Origin: Octopus sinensis
Taxonomy: Eukaryota
DNA: 64,000 nt
Direction of reading: 5' to 3'
NCBI RefSeq assembly: GCF_006345805.1
Contig: NC_042997.1
Span: 53,320,001 to 53,384,000, forward strand
Part shown: piece after piece, positions 11,356-22,313 of the stretch
Position numbering within the stretch: the first letter of the stretch is position 1
How the letters are laid out: each line of letters begins with the position of its first letter
Made by a program: the position numbers and the translations under genes
Notes under the pieces: generated by a model
The model's database searches: none
Told to the model about the DNA's origin: nothing
The model's input: the letters and a program-made list of their open reading frames with translations, nothing else

Positions 11356-12855
11356 TACCTCAACATAAATGTAGTCGGTTCAACATTGGAGTAATCTTGG
11401 GTTGCTTGCATGATAACAAATATTTTCAAGACCACCTTTTCAGAAAAATTTGTTGCTTCACATTCTGAAATAAAATCATTCTTTTGCTCAAAGGGCAGTT
11501 AGACGACTTGAAAATGTTCACCCTCTCATACTTATCGTTTTGTCAGTAGCTCATACTGTTGGAAAACAAGAAACCATCTGGATAGCAGCTCTGTTAGATC
11601 TAAGAAGTTCCATTGTTTGGATTAATTCAATGTAGTGATCCACTGATCACTAACCCCGTTCCCCACAAAAAGAACTACAACTTCCATATATTTTAAAATG
11701 TTGCTTCATTTCAATGTTTCAGTTCAAAATCTTGCCTTTGAAGAAGAAAGTTATCGTTAAAGCTTTCTCTAAGCTATGTAGCTTGGATCTTTTCTTTGAC
11801 AGAAATTTCTACACACATTTTTGTGAAGATTTTGGTTTTAGAAGTACCAGTTTAAATTTATGTGGGGCTTTAAGAAGGACATGATTCAGACAATTTTAAT
11901 TGGCCAATTGATTTAAATCCTAATCTGCTGTAGAAGACTAAAAACAGACGCAATCGGTTATATCTGACAGTTCTGGCCATGAATGTTATTCGTCAACTTT
12001 TTATTAGAGTCAGACGATATATTCTTTACATAGGGAAAAGAGAGATCTCTGTCAAAGTAACTGGAGAGATCTATGAATTTTATTTCTAGAGAGTAGGTCG
12101 CCAGATATTCACGACCCTTCTTTAGCTCTTTGGACTTCGCATCAGCCTATCGACTGAATCCTTGCTCTTATAGGCCCTGCCCGTAATGTCATCCAGATTA
12201 GGTGGGTGAACTGGAACACTGTTCACAAAAGTCTTTATTTTCTTTTATTTTCAAGTTTATTCTGATGACCATACATACAAACCTCTTACTCATAGAAAAC
12301 GCTTTATCACTAACAACTGGAGACTTCATTTCTACTCAAGCTGGTTTTCAACAAATACGACGTCAAAACATAGCATCTACCGACAAAATACTTTTCTGTT
12401 TACCGTATTAATACATTTTGTTTGCTATGGAAAAGTTGTTTCTGGCACTGAAGTGAAGAGCAGTCTAACTAAATTGTCACATTTTACTTTACAGGAAAAA
12501 AATTTCAGCTTCAAGACACGAAATTCCAAACAAAGTTCGTTTAATTTTTCTTTCTCCTTTTCTCTAAGCTTGTGCAAACATCTCTAAACGTATTATTTAG
12601 ATTGTCACGAAATAGAGTTTGTTGGCTAGTTCTGATAGATAACTGAAATGTGCGTACAGGTGTGGCAAAATACAAGAAGAGATTAAACTCCTTTCGTCAT
12701 CTATAAACGCGCTGACCTGTAAAAATCTTGGAGTGTCGTCTTTGAAAATACTGAGAAATTAGTTCAAAGATGCAAATCTGAACAAAAAAGAGGTTGACTG
12801 TTATTCCGAATAATGTATTTAAAATAATTTTGTTTTGTTAGCATTTTATACCTGA

Positions 12856-13366
12856 CTAGCAGTATCGCCCGGCGTTGCTCGGGTTTGTAAGGGAAATAAC
12901 TATATAAGCATTTTAGAGAGTTACTTCCCTTATAGATGCCAATTCGGGCTTTCTTAGCCATTTCTGTTTTGGTGTCTTCAAGCCATGAAGTCGTTGTTCT
13001 AAAAGAACGCTGGTCTCCTTGACAACGCTTTACGACGTTGATTTCCTTACACTCCCTTCCCCACAGCTTCACAAGGGAGGGAAGAAGGGGGAGAAGCAAA
13101 CAGGTGCAGATGTGAGCGTGGACGCCAACTCCGCCGCCATCGACACACGAAAAATTATGCATTAAAATGGAATAAAAAATGATGTTAAATTATTTTAAAA
13201 ATCGTAGACTCATCGTAGACGCGCGCTAATACCCAGACGGGCTCGATATGAATCACGACTATAAGATACCCGAATTTGGTTAAACTGCACCGCAAAATGT
13301 GGGAGTAGTTAGGAATCTAAATCGAAGGGGACAGACACTCACACAACTACAGTTTTATATATATAA
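12856..13366 (-). mobile_element. Non-autonomous Helitron-like element
   Basis: Reverse complement ends ...acaaacccgagcaacgccgggcgatactgCTAG|T; 5' end tatatataaaactgtagttgt resembles the 8913 copy. Confidence 0.8.
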
Positions 13367-13796
13367 TGGTCCCATGAATTCAGATATTTCCACAAATTAT
13401 AAAAGCTGAGTTTTACTATCATCTCTATCAACATGGTGTTGACTTGGCCGAGACAGAAATTCTAATAGAATTTTTGTCACTGAAGTTTCATAGTTCAAAT
13501 CAAGTCGGAGTTTCATTTCCCCATTAACCTCTCCAGAATCGATACAATAAGTCTCAATAATATGCTGAGGTAGATTTTACTAACGATACTCCAGACCCTC
13601 ATAAAAATTGACCTTGTACCTATATAAGAAGTTAATATTTCTTTCTCTCTCTTTTTCTTTCTTTTCTTTTTTCTTTTTTTTTTTGAAACGAATGTATTAA
13701 TTGTGACTGACATCATACTTTTACGTTTCTCTTTTGATAAGTCTTGATCTTCGTATGTGTCTCTCGTTGTTTTTCTTTTTTTAGCCACTCTTAGAA

Positions 13797-13838
13797 AGAG
13801 AGTAAGAGAGAGAGAGAAAGAGAGAGAGAGAAAAAAAA

Positions 13839-13895
<57 letters not shown>
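13797..13895. repeat. (GA)n microsatellite
   Basis: Directly visible. Confidence 0.95.
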
Positions 13896-13899
<4 letters not shown>

Positions 13900-14049
13900 G
13901 TCCTAGTACTATTTGGTTTTAATTTTTTGTCTTCATTTTCTTTCTTGACAGACAGGAAAGTGTAGTTTGAAGGATAATTGACTGTTATTTCTCAAAATGA
14001 ATGTTATACAAATCACTAAATAAATAAAAGAATATATATATATATATAT

Positions 14050-14248
14050 GGGCCGTTGGCGATTTTCCTTCTTCTTTCGACTTTCTCCTTTCTGATGAAG
14101 AGCCATGCTCGAAACGTTAAAAACTCTCTCCTTTCACCGAGCGTAAAACTAGTATAATTCTTGTGCACGTCCTCATGTTCGTTTTTTTCTCTTTTGGCTT
14201 TTTCTTTTCGTTTCTTTCGTTTTTGAATTGTTTGTTCATTGAATTGAC
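14050..14248 (+). mobile_element. Penelope-like element terminal-repeat (pLTR) fragment inserted in a (TA)n tract
   Basis: Contains a minimal hammerhead motif; homologous to the sequence downstream of the GIY-YIG ORF at 29370-29490(-); (TA)n on both sides. Confidence 0.7.
14089..14122 (+). ncRNA. Minimal type-I hammerhead ribozyme (PLE type)
   Basis: ttt-CTGATGA-a-GAGC-cat-GCTC-GAAA-CGTTA-aaa: intact core, 4-bp stem II, palindromic AACGTT stem III. Confidence 0.75.
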
Positions 14249-14315
<67 letters not shown>

Positions 14316-14318
14316 ACA

Positions 14319-14384
<66 letters not shown>

Positions 14385-14407
14385 CATATATATATATACA
14401 TACATAT

Positions 14408-14445
<38 letters not shown>

Positions 14446-14446
14446 A
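14249..14446. repeat. (TA)/(CATA)/(CA)n microsatellite
   Basis: Directly visible. Confidence 0.95.
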
Positions 14447-14890
14447 CTACCATCGAACAGTGAGAATGAGTGCTCAACACTAGATTGGGGGTTAAATATT
14501 GTTATATTGTTTATTTATATATTGTTTATTTATTGGTTAACAAGGCTACCATTGGCTTCATGTCTAGAAGTCTCCCCAATTATCAAGGGACGTAGGCACT
14601 CGTCTCCACCTTGCATGTGAATATAACCAAGCTACACAAGACCATGCGAAATTTTGGAATAAATAAATATATATACAGATCATAGGAAGCAACTTGTAAT
14701 TGTATCTCCTTTGCATTAGTTCTGGTCACGTTCAAATTTATAAATATAAATATGAATAGCCACGTATATATATACATCTACATCCATGCAGAATATGTGC
14801 ACACATACACACTAGCACACTCACACATACACCAGCATCCTGCATTTTGTTTGTGTTTGGATGTGTGCACACAACTGTTCGTATTTGCGT

Positions 14891-15233
14891 ATATGTGCAC
14901 ATAATTGCGGAGTTTCACATATTTTGCCGTCAGACTTGGTCCAAGGGATTGAAAATTCATTCATAGGGTTGCGGATTCATAAGTTTGTGTATCTCATGTG
15001 AAGTCATGAATATGTGTGGTGCACATATATTCATGTAATGAGGGAGTTCAGCTTAAATCTAGGGGGACATGTGTCTTATACATAATGTTCATATAGTGCA
15101 TGTAATTGATGTTCAGAGAAAAACTAATCCATCGTGATACAAAAACTTATGAATATGCAATCCCCTGAATCCACAACCCTATAGATCAAGATTGATGTCA
15201 AAATATGTGAAACTTCGCAATTATGGGCATATA
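14891..15233. mobile_element. Inverted-repeat (MITE-like) element
   Basis: ~100-bp imperfect arms (cataattgcggagtttcacatattttg... / ...caaaatatgtgaaacttcgcaattatg) around a ~140-bp spacer. Confidence 0.7.
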
Positions 15234-15503
15234 AACATTTTCTTCTTATCTTTTCCACACACACACACACACACACGCACTTACACACACGGATATATAT
15301 GTTGCTTTGAAATATGGGAAAAACAAAATAAAACAAAGTATTTTGAAAATTCTTAAACGATCGTTGCATTATTTTATTTACATGAAGCGGGGTGTAAAAT
15401 GAATGAAATGTATGAATTAGTGTTTTACTGTATATTATTGAATCATTAACTGGATAAATATTTCGATGAGAGACCAATCATAAAATACATCTCACATTCA
15501 ATA

Positions 15504-16082
15504 GGTACAGGAGTGGCTGTGTGGTAAGTAGCTTGCTTACCAACCACATGGTTGCGGGTTCAGTCCCACTGCAGGGCACCTTGGGCAAGTATCTTCTACT
15601 CTTTTACTATAGCCTCGGGCCTTCTACTAAAGCCTTGTGAGTGGATTTGGTAGAGAGAAACCGTTATATATATATTTGTGTCTGTGTTTGTCTCCCCAAC
15701 ATCGCTTGACAACCGATGCTGGTGTGTTTACGTCCCCGTCACTTAGCGGTTTGGCAAGAGAGACCAATAGAATAATTACTGGATGGATGGAAGCACTCCG
15801 TCGGTTACGATGACGAGGGTTCCGGTTGATCCGATCAACGGAACAGCCTGCTCATGAAATTAACGTGTAAGTGGCTGAGCACTCCACAGACACATGTACC
15901 CTTAACGCAGTTCTCGGGGATATTCAGCGTGACACAGAGAGTGACAAGGCCGGTACAGCAGAAACAGGAAGTAAGAGTGAGAGAAAGTTGTGGTGAAAGA
16001 GTACAGCAGGGATCACCACCATCCCCTGCCGGAGCCTCGTGGAGCTGAATTAGTACTAGGCTTACAAAGAATAAGTCCTGGC
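15504..16082 (+). mobile_element. SINE family A interrupted by a retroposon insertion
   Basis: Head TGGCTGTGTGG...GGTTCAGTCCC; the body resumes after the insert with gaattagtactaggcttacaaagaataagtcc. Confidence 0.8.
15781..16046 (-). mobile_element. 5'-truncated retroposon with (CATC)n tail and ~11-bp TSD
   Basis: Flanked by gaataattact (15770-80) / gaattagtact (16047-57); the minus strand ends ...cttccatccatcc. Confidence 0.7.
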
Positions 16083-18167
16083 ATTGAATAGAATAGTGAC
16101 TTGAATAAGTTTGATTAACGAGCATATAAAGTAGCCAAGGGCAACAACTCCAGTTAAATTAATTCAAATTTTAGAAAATATACCAGTTGCAATATGGAAG
16201 TGTAATTGGTCCTTAAGTCTATTGGTGAAAGCAACAGACATGTTTTGGTGCATGTTTCAGTATTAGCTGACTCAAAATGTTAGTCTTTCCAACATATACA
16301 ATTTTTATTCCCATTTTGATTCATGCTGACATAAATCCTCGACATTCTACTGACTAGTGACTACTTCTAGTAAGAATAATGATTATTGATAGCAAAACAA
16401 CTAAACAAGATAAGAGTTTTAATACAGGATTGTACTCAGGAAGCTAGACTCCATGCAGTATATGTGAATTAAAATTTATTATACATGGCTTCAGTTTTGC
16501 ATTTGCAGACTAACTTTTGATTCTTTAAAAAAAATGATATAGTGTATTCAATTAATTGACCATGTTGCAGAAGATATTGCAGTGGCTGAGTGTAGAAAAT
16601 AGTTTGCAGTATTTAATTACATTTCTTCAAATTTGAGTGTCTTGCTTTAGTTTAGTTTGCTTTCAGCCTTTTGAGGTTGATAAGTAAGCACTAGTAACGA
16701 TTCAGATTCAATTGACTTCAAATTTGATGACCAGGGTTAAAGTTGAATATTCAGATTCATGTTTCAAGTTCTGGCTGAGTCCATTTTACTACATTTATAT
16801 GCTGCAAATGCTCTTGGAAAAAACATTAATGTTGAATCATCTCATGTTTCTAGCTAACTAGATATAGTAAAAAAGGGATAAAAACCATAATACTCAACAA
16901 GAAATGGTTATGGAATATAATAGGCAAGTTATTTAATTTCAGCTGCAAGAAATCTGCTGATTGAGTAAATGTTAATATAATGATGCTGTTAAGGCAGTAA
17001 GCTGGTAGAATTGTTACTGTGCCAGGCAAAATGCTTAGCAGCATTTCGTCTGTCTTTACATTCTGAGTTCAAATTCTGTCAAAGTCAACCTTGCCTTTCA
17101 TCCTTTTGGGGTTGCTAAAATAAGTACCAGTTGAGCACTGGGTTCTATTACATCAACTTACTCCCCCCCCTCAACTTACTGGCCTTGTGCCAAAATTTGA
17201 AACTAATATAATGGTGCTGTCAGTGTTATTGTAAATCTGGCTTTCTCATCTTGAACATTCATTAAACTTTATGGAGAAATAAATTGTTTCTAATTTAGAC
17301 ACAAGGCCAGCAGTTTGAGAGGAGGGATCCTTCCAGCTTTTATATATTCCTATTCTTTGTGAATTTCTGAAATGCTTTGCTCTATAGGGATTTCTGCTTG
17401 ATTTTTACATTTCTCAACTGGTAAATTTAAAGTTTCACATATAATCCTTACAACAACAACAAAAATAATCACTGGTCTATCAGGAACTTGTCAATATTGG
17501 AGATGTTTAGTCTATCACAAACTGACAAAATGCCTGAAGATATTAGATTGTATAGCTATTGTGAGTGTGTACATTTTCTTCTTTCCTCTTGTCATTATCT
17601 AAGCTTAAATCCCATTCTCCCTACAGTTGTTCTATCCACTCCAACAATTCACATCCTGTATCTAAAATTTCTTTTTTTAAAAAAATGGGAGGTGAGATCT
17701 GTCTTGGCAGTCACACTGTTTACTGAAATATAAACTATCAATATTGACATTAGAATTAAATAAATGTCACATATCTTGATCTGCTGATGGCAGCTAAAAT
17801 GGCAGCTAGTCAGTGACAAAAGCATCATAATATGATTTGATGGTATATCATATGCACCCTTATAAAATATATATATATATATATAATAGAAAAATATCAA
17901 TTGCAGTAAAAAGAATTGACTTGTCATCAGAAGCATGAGTGCTTATATCTTCTCACTGCAATTCAAACAATGGAAGTAGACACAGGTACGTAACACCTGG
18001 CAACAGAATTGTGAGAAAGGGTGGAGCCTCATGTAAACTGTAAATTTATATATAATTTGATGAAATAAAATGTGATTGCATCAGGTTTTGAGGCTCATCA
18101 TCACCATAGCATTTTTTCATTCCAAGGAAGCACATCCATATATTATCACAAATTCTGTGTCATGTTT

Positions 18168-18457
18168 TTAACCTTTTAACATTCAGATTACTCTGTCAGA
18201 TGTAATGTTTATTCATTCATTTTGTTTTAAATTAATCATACATTATCTTGTAGCTTCAAGATTTCGATCATAAGGTTAATCTTTTAATCTTTCAGTCATT
18301 TGACTGTAGCCATGCTAGAGCACCACCTTGAAACATATTGCATATTTTTGGAATGACATATAGGGTAGGAGTGAGAGACAGGATCTGGCTGGTTTGAACA
18401 TAAAGCAAGTAGAATATTTTGGCCAGATATGGCCACCTTAAATGCTAGAGGATTAAA
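18168..18457. mobile_element. TTAA-flanked (piggyBac-like) MITE family 2, with a small SINE-tail insert
   Basis: ttaaccttttaacattcagattactctgtc...aaatgctagaggattaa; related copies ~35107-35334 (opposite orientation) and ~52447-52600. Confidence 0.6.
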
Positions 18458-18637
18458 TTCTAGGATAAATTTTAACTTCTACACTGCTTTCCCCTTTTTC
18501 TTTAACAGCATAGCCGCTTTTGGATATAGCTTATTATGATTGAGTGGAGGTACAGTGAGCAATTTCTCAAGGCTCCCCCCACCCTTAGAGAGGTTGTTTA
18601 ACACTTTGGAGGTGGAGCCTCATTTAGAATTTCCTTG

Positions 18638-19000
18638 CTAGGAAGACAGAGTCCTTTTCACAAGCCCTACAGAGGGCATGCACTTATTTTTGAATAAGAT
18701 TCCATGTGAAAACAGCATAAAGTGTTCCACTGGGGTGCTTATGCCTTGTGGCATATTTCTAGGCCCTATATTTTCTAAGAATTCATAGGGGTCATCTCTA
18801 TCTAAGTTCAGAATCCCCAATCCTAAACCAAGGGTTCACAACATTTTCATCACCGTCGTCATTTTGATCTTCTCATTATTTCCCTGGTTATTTTCATCAG
18901 TTTCAGTGTCAGATTCACTGCTAAGCTGGGAGAAATCAGACTCACTAAGGAAATTTTCATCAGTGTCACTGTTGGACATGGTGAAATTTCACAATGCTCA
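18638..19000 (-). pseudogene. Possible decayed piggyBac transposase N-terminal fragment
   Basis: Acidic S/D/E-rich stretch (SDTDENFLSESDFSQLSSESDTETDEN) followed by FLENIGPRNMP..STPVEHFMLF, resembling PGBD N-termini. Confidence 0.4.
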
Positions 19001-22000
19001 CTTGGAACACACACAAAAAAGAAAAAAATTGATGTAAAATCACAGAACACAACAAACTATCATGGAAGCCACCACTGAAAGGCCCAGATGTGCAAGAAAT
19101 GCAAGAAACAAACTGATTGGCAGGTACAAAGACCAGCCAGCTAACCTAGAAGCTTGTATTATCAGGCCAATGGATTGACCCAGTCGTGCAGCGTTTTTTT
19201 TATAATCAAAGGCTTCTGCAAATTCTACTCATAAGGTATTTGTTACACATGTTGAAGACATGCCTAGGAGCTTTGTAGCATAATCAAACCATTGAAGTAA
19301 TACTCATTATGGATGGTGGCTTTTAATTTAATTTCCATTCAGAGGTTCTTTCAATTATTTTTTGATTGTTGTACGAACAAACAAATGACTGTTTTTCAAC
19401 ACTTTACGTGAGTTATCTCATGCTTCAATATATCATTTAAAATATTTTGAATCATGTTGGAGGTGTGAACCAAAGCCTATAGGATGGAACATCAAATGCT
19501 ACTATGTTAATGATAGTAATAATTATTATGAATTGTACACTCCCTGTCTCCCGTACAGAATAAACATTTATTAGAAGCAAACAAGTATTCAAAATCAATT
19601 TATCAAAGATTGGATCTAAAGTAAAAATATAAAATTCTTTAACCCTGCAACAATTTCAGAGAAATTATAGAGATTACAAATAATTTATGTAGATGACAAA
19701 CCAATGTGGATAAAGTCAATTTATTAATGAATGAAATAAAATAAAACAATAAATTTAATCAAGTGCTAAAATTATTAGTTGATGAGGTATTTTTAGATCA
19801 GTGCTCTTGAGAGATAAATTTAAAGTTGCACCCACACACACACAATAAAATATCCACTAATGCATACAATATTTTTATTTATTTTTCTACTAATACATAT
19901 ATCAAAATAATTTTCTGTTAACATAGTGTTTGCTAAAGGGGAAAAAAAGAAAGAAAAAAAATGGAAATCATAACTAATACTCAGAAAGAATCTTATAAGT
20001 GTAAGTACTTAACATCTTGCAGTAAAGTCCAATGAGCAGTATTGATATATTTTTTGTCTTTTAAATTCTGAATCAAGCAAAAAAAAAATTGTTTTCAATG
20101 AAAATTCAGTATGTATCAGTTTCAGGATGCAACTTGCTATGAATGTGACAATATCTAAGAAAAAGTTCATTGAATAGTTTCCCATTATGTCTTCAAGTAG
20201 ACGTGGACCAAGAACTTTTGAAGAAGATTAATGAGAATATTGTAAGGTGTTCTTAAAGATAATTAGTAAAAAAAAAAAAAAAAAAAAAAAGAGAAATTAA
20301 AGAGTGCCAGAAATTGAAGATGGATCATAGACTTAGCTCATAGCAAGTTTCCATCCAATCCTATAGTAATTTACCAAAAAGTGGAAGGGACAAAATAGAC
20401 ATTAATATTTAGAAAGTTTGTTTTACAATGTTCCTTTACCTTTTTGGTGAAATATTTGATAGAACAAATAAATAAATAAATAAATAAATAAAAGGAAGAA
20501 ATTCATATGAAAAAAATTAAATTTTGTAAAATAAATCAATCCATCACAATATGGAAACAGAAATTAAATTTTATCAAAAAAAAAAAAAAAATGAATACAT
20601 TTATTTTGCAGTGAAAACTAATTTTTCCTTCTCATTCCTTTTAATTTCTTCTCTCAAACAAACTGACAATATAATTTGCTTAAAGAATACGCTATTGACA
20701 ATTTCATATTTTTCTTAAGTTCCAATAAATTTTATGTGAAAAAGGTTATTTTTTTTAACATTATGTTAAAATAAATCATATGCAACCAAATTATTGCAAC
20801 AAAAATTCCGTCTCTAGACATTACCATAACAATACTGATCTATGACACAGGACTCTTTTGTGTCATCTTTTACACACATACAAATGTAGACACACACCTA
20901 ATAATAATGTCAAAATATAGGTGGAGGCATACCTGTGTGGTTAAGAAGTTCAGCTCCCAACAACATGGCTTTGAATTCAGTCCCCATTGCATGGCACATT
21001 AGGAAAGTGTCTTCTACTATAGCTCTGTGTTGATCAAAGCTTTGCAAGTGACTGATGGAAATTGAAAGAAGCCCATAAACTGTGTGGAAGCTTGACATGT
21101 GTGTTTGAGAGAATGTGTATGTGTGTGTTTATCCCCCTCCACTACTTGACAACTGTTGTTGGTTTGTTTATATTCTTGTAACTTACTTGTCTAGTAAAAG
21201 AGACCGATAAAGAATGTACCAGAAGTAATTTGTTTGACTAAACCCTTAAAGTGGTCCCCCATCATGATTGCATTCTGATGACTGAAACAGGTAAAAGATA
21301 AAGATATGTGTTTGTGTGTCTGTGTGTGCGTGTACACACTTGGATGTGTTTTTGTGTAATCGTTTTGACATCATGTGATGTGAACAAATAATACTGTCAT
21401 ATGAGTGATGGACCTTTGTTTCCAATATTTTGCATAGGAAAATATTACTTTGTCTGGAAACATGTAAAGGTTGGTAACAAGAAGCGTATCCAGTTGTGGA
21501 AAATCTGGCTCATCAAATTCCATCTGACCTATGCAAGTACGAAAAAGTGGACTTCAAAACAAAGATGATCCAGTAAAAAATTAGCTGGTTAATACAAGTT
21601 AGATAAGGCACAGTAATGTGTTTGCCCTATCAAATACACTGTTAAATGTACTAAAAATGTACAAAAACAACACCAACTGTTGACCAACATGTATTCATGA
21701 AGTAAGTATATGTTGATCAACTGTAACTGTTCTTGTGAGAATATAATTTAAGATTTTAAATATAACTTTGAAAAGAATACAAAATTTATATAATATAAAC
21801 AAGTTTTTTTTTTATACATACTGAAAGATTACTCAGGATAAATTTAGAAAGTTTAATTTAAGAAAAATAATCAACTTTAGATATGCCTTGTTTTCATATA
21901 GAACTTTTATCAGAAAATATTAACTGTTACAAGAAACATTTGTTTTTATGAAAATATATTTTTATAGCTTTGTTTTCGTTATTTGACACCATAATTCATT

Positions 22001-22145
22001 GAAAGAATCACAAATTAAGATACAATTCTATTCAATGCTTCACCAAGTAGCATTTGGTTGTTAATTGCTGTTGTTTATTTATTTTCAATGATGTTCTTCA
22101 TGTTAACAGTATATGTGGGTAATTGCTCACAGACATCAGTATGTT

Positions 22146-22313
22146 TCAAAGTTCAGTTTTGGAAGGAGGTTTATATAGTTCTTGATGTTTCTCCCAAAAT
22201 AACTTATGACTAAGAACATAATCAGCAGCCCCAATAATTAACCTCATGAATTCTTTAACATCAAAAGAATAATTTGTAAACTTGGGATGTGGTCCTAATG
22301 TTGGATGATTGCC
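22146..22313 (-). CDS. EOGT: EOGT coding exon 16 (terminal)
   Basis: [19 protein letters not shown]...[13 protein letters not shown]. Confidence 0.96.
   Translation of the reverse strand, partial: GNHPTLGPHPKFTNYSFDVKEFMRLIIGAADYVLSHKLFWEKHQELYKPPSKTEL

Larger units (their letters stand above)
9490..12200 (-). pseudogene. Decayed hAT (Tip100/ZMYM1-like) transposase, interrupted by the Tc1 element; outer limits approximate
   Basis: Minus-strand fragments NPNNG/NFLDLTELLSRW, ATQDYSNVEPTTFMLR|YVNLKDGRYEVQE (continuous across the Tc1 TA site) and IPLSDCQ..KDNGANIAEKYS; multiple stops and frameshifts. Confidence 0.7.
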
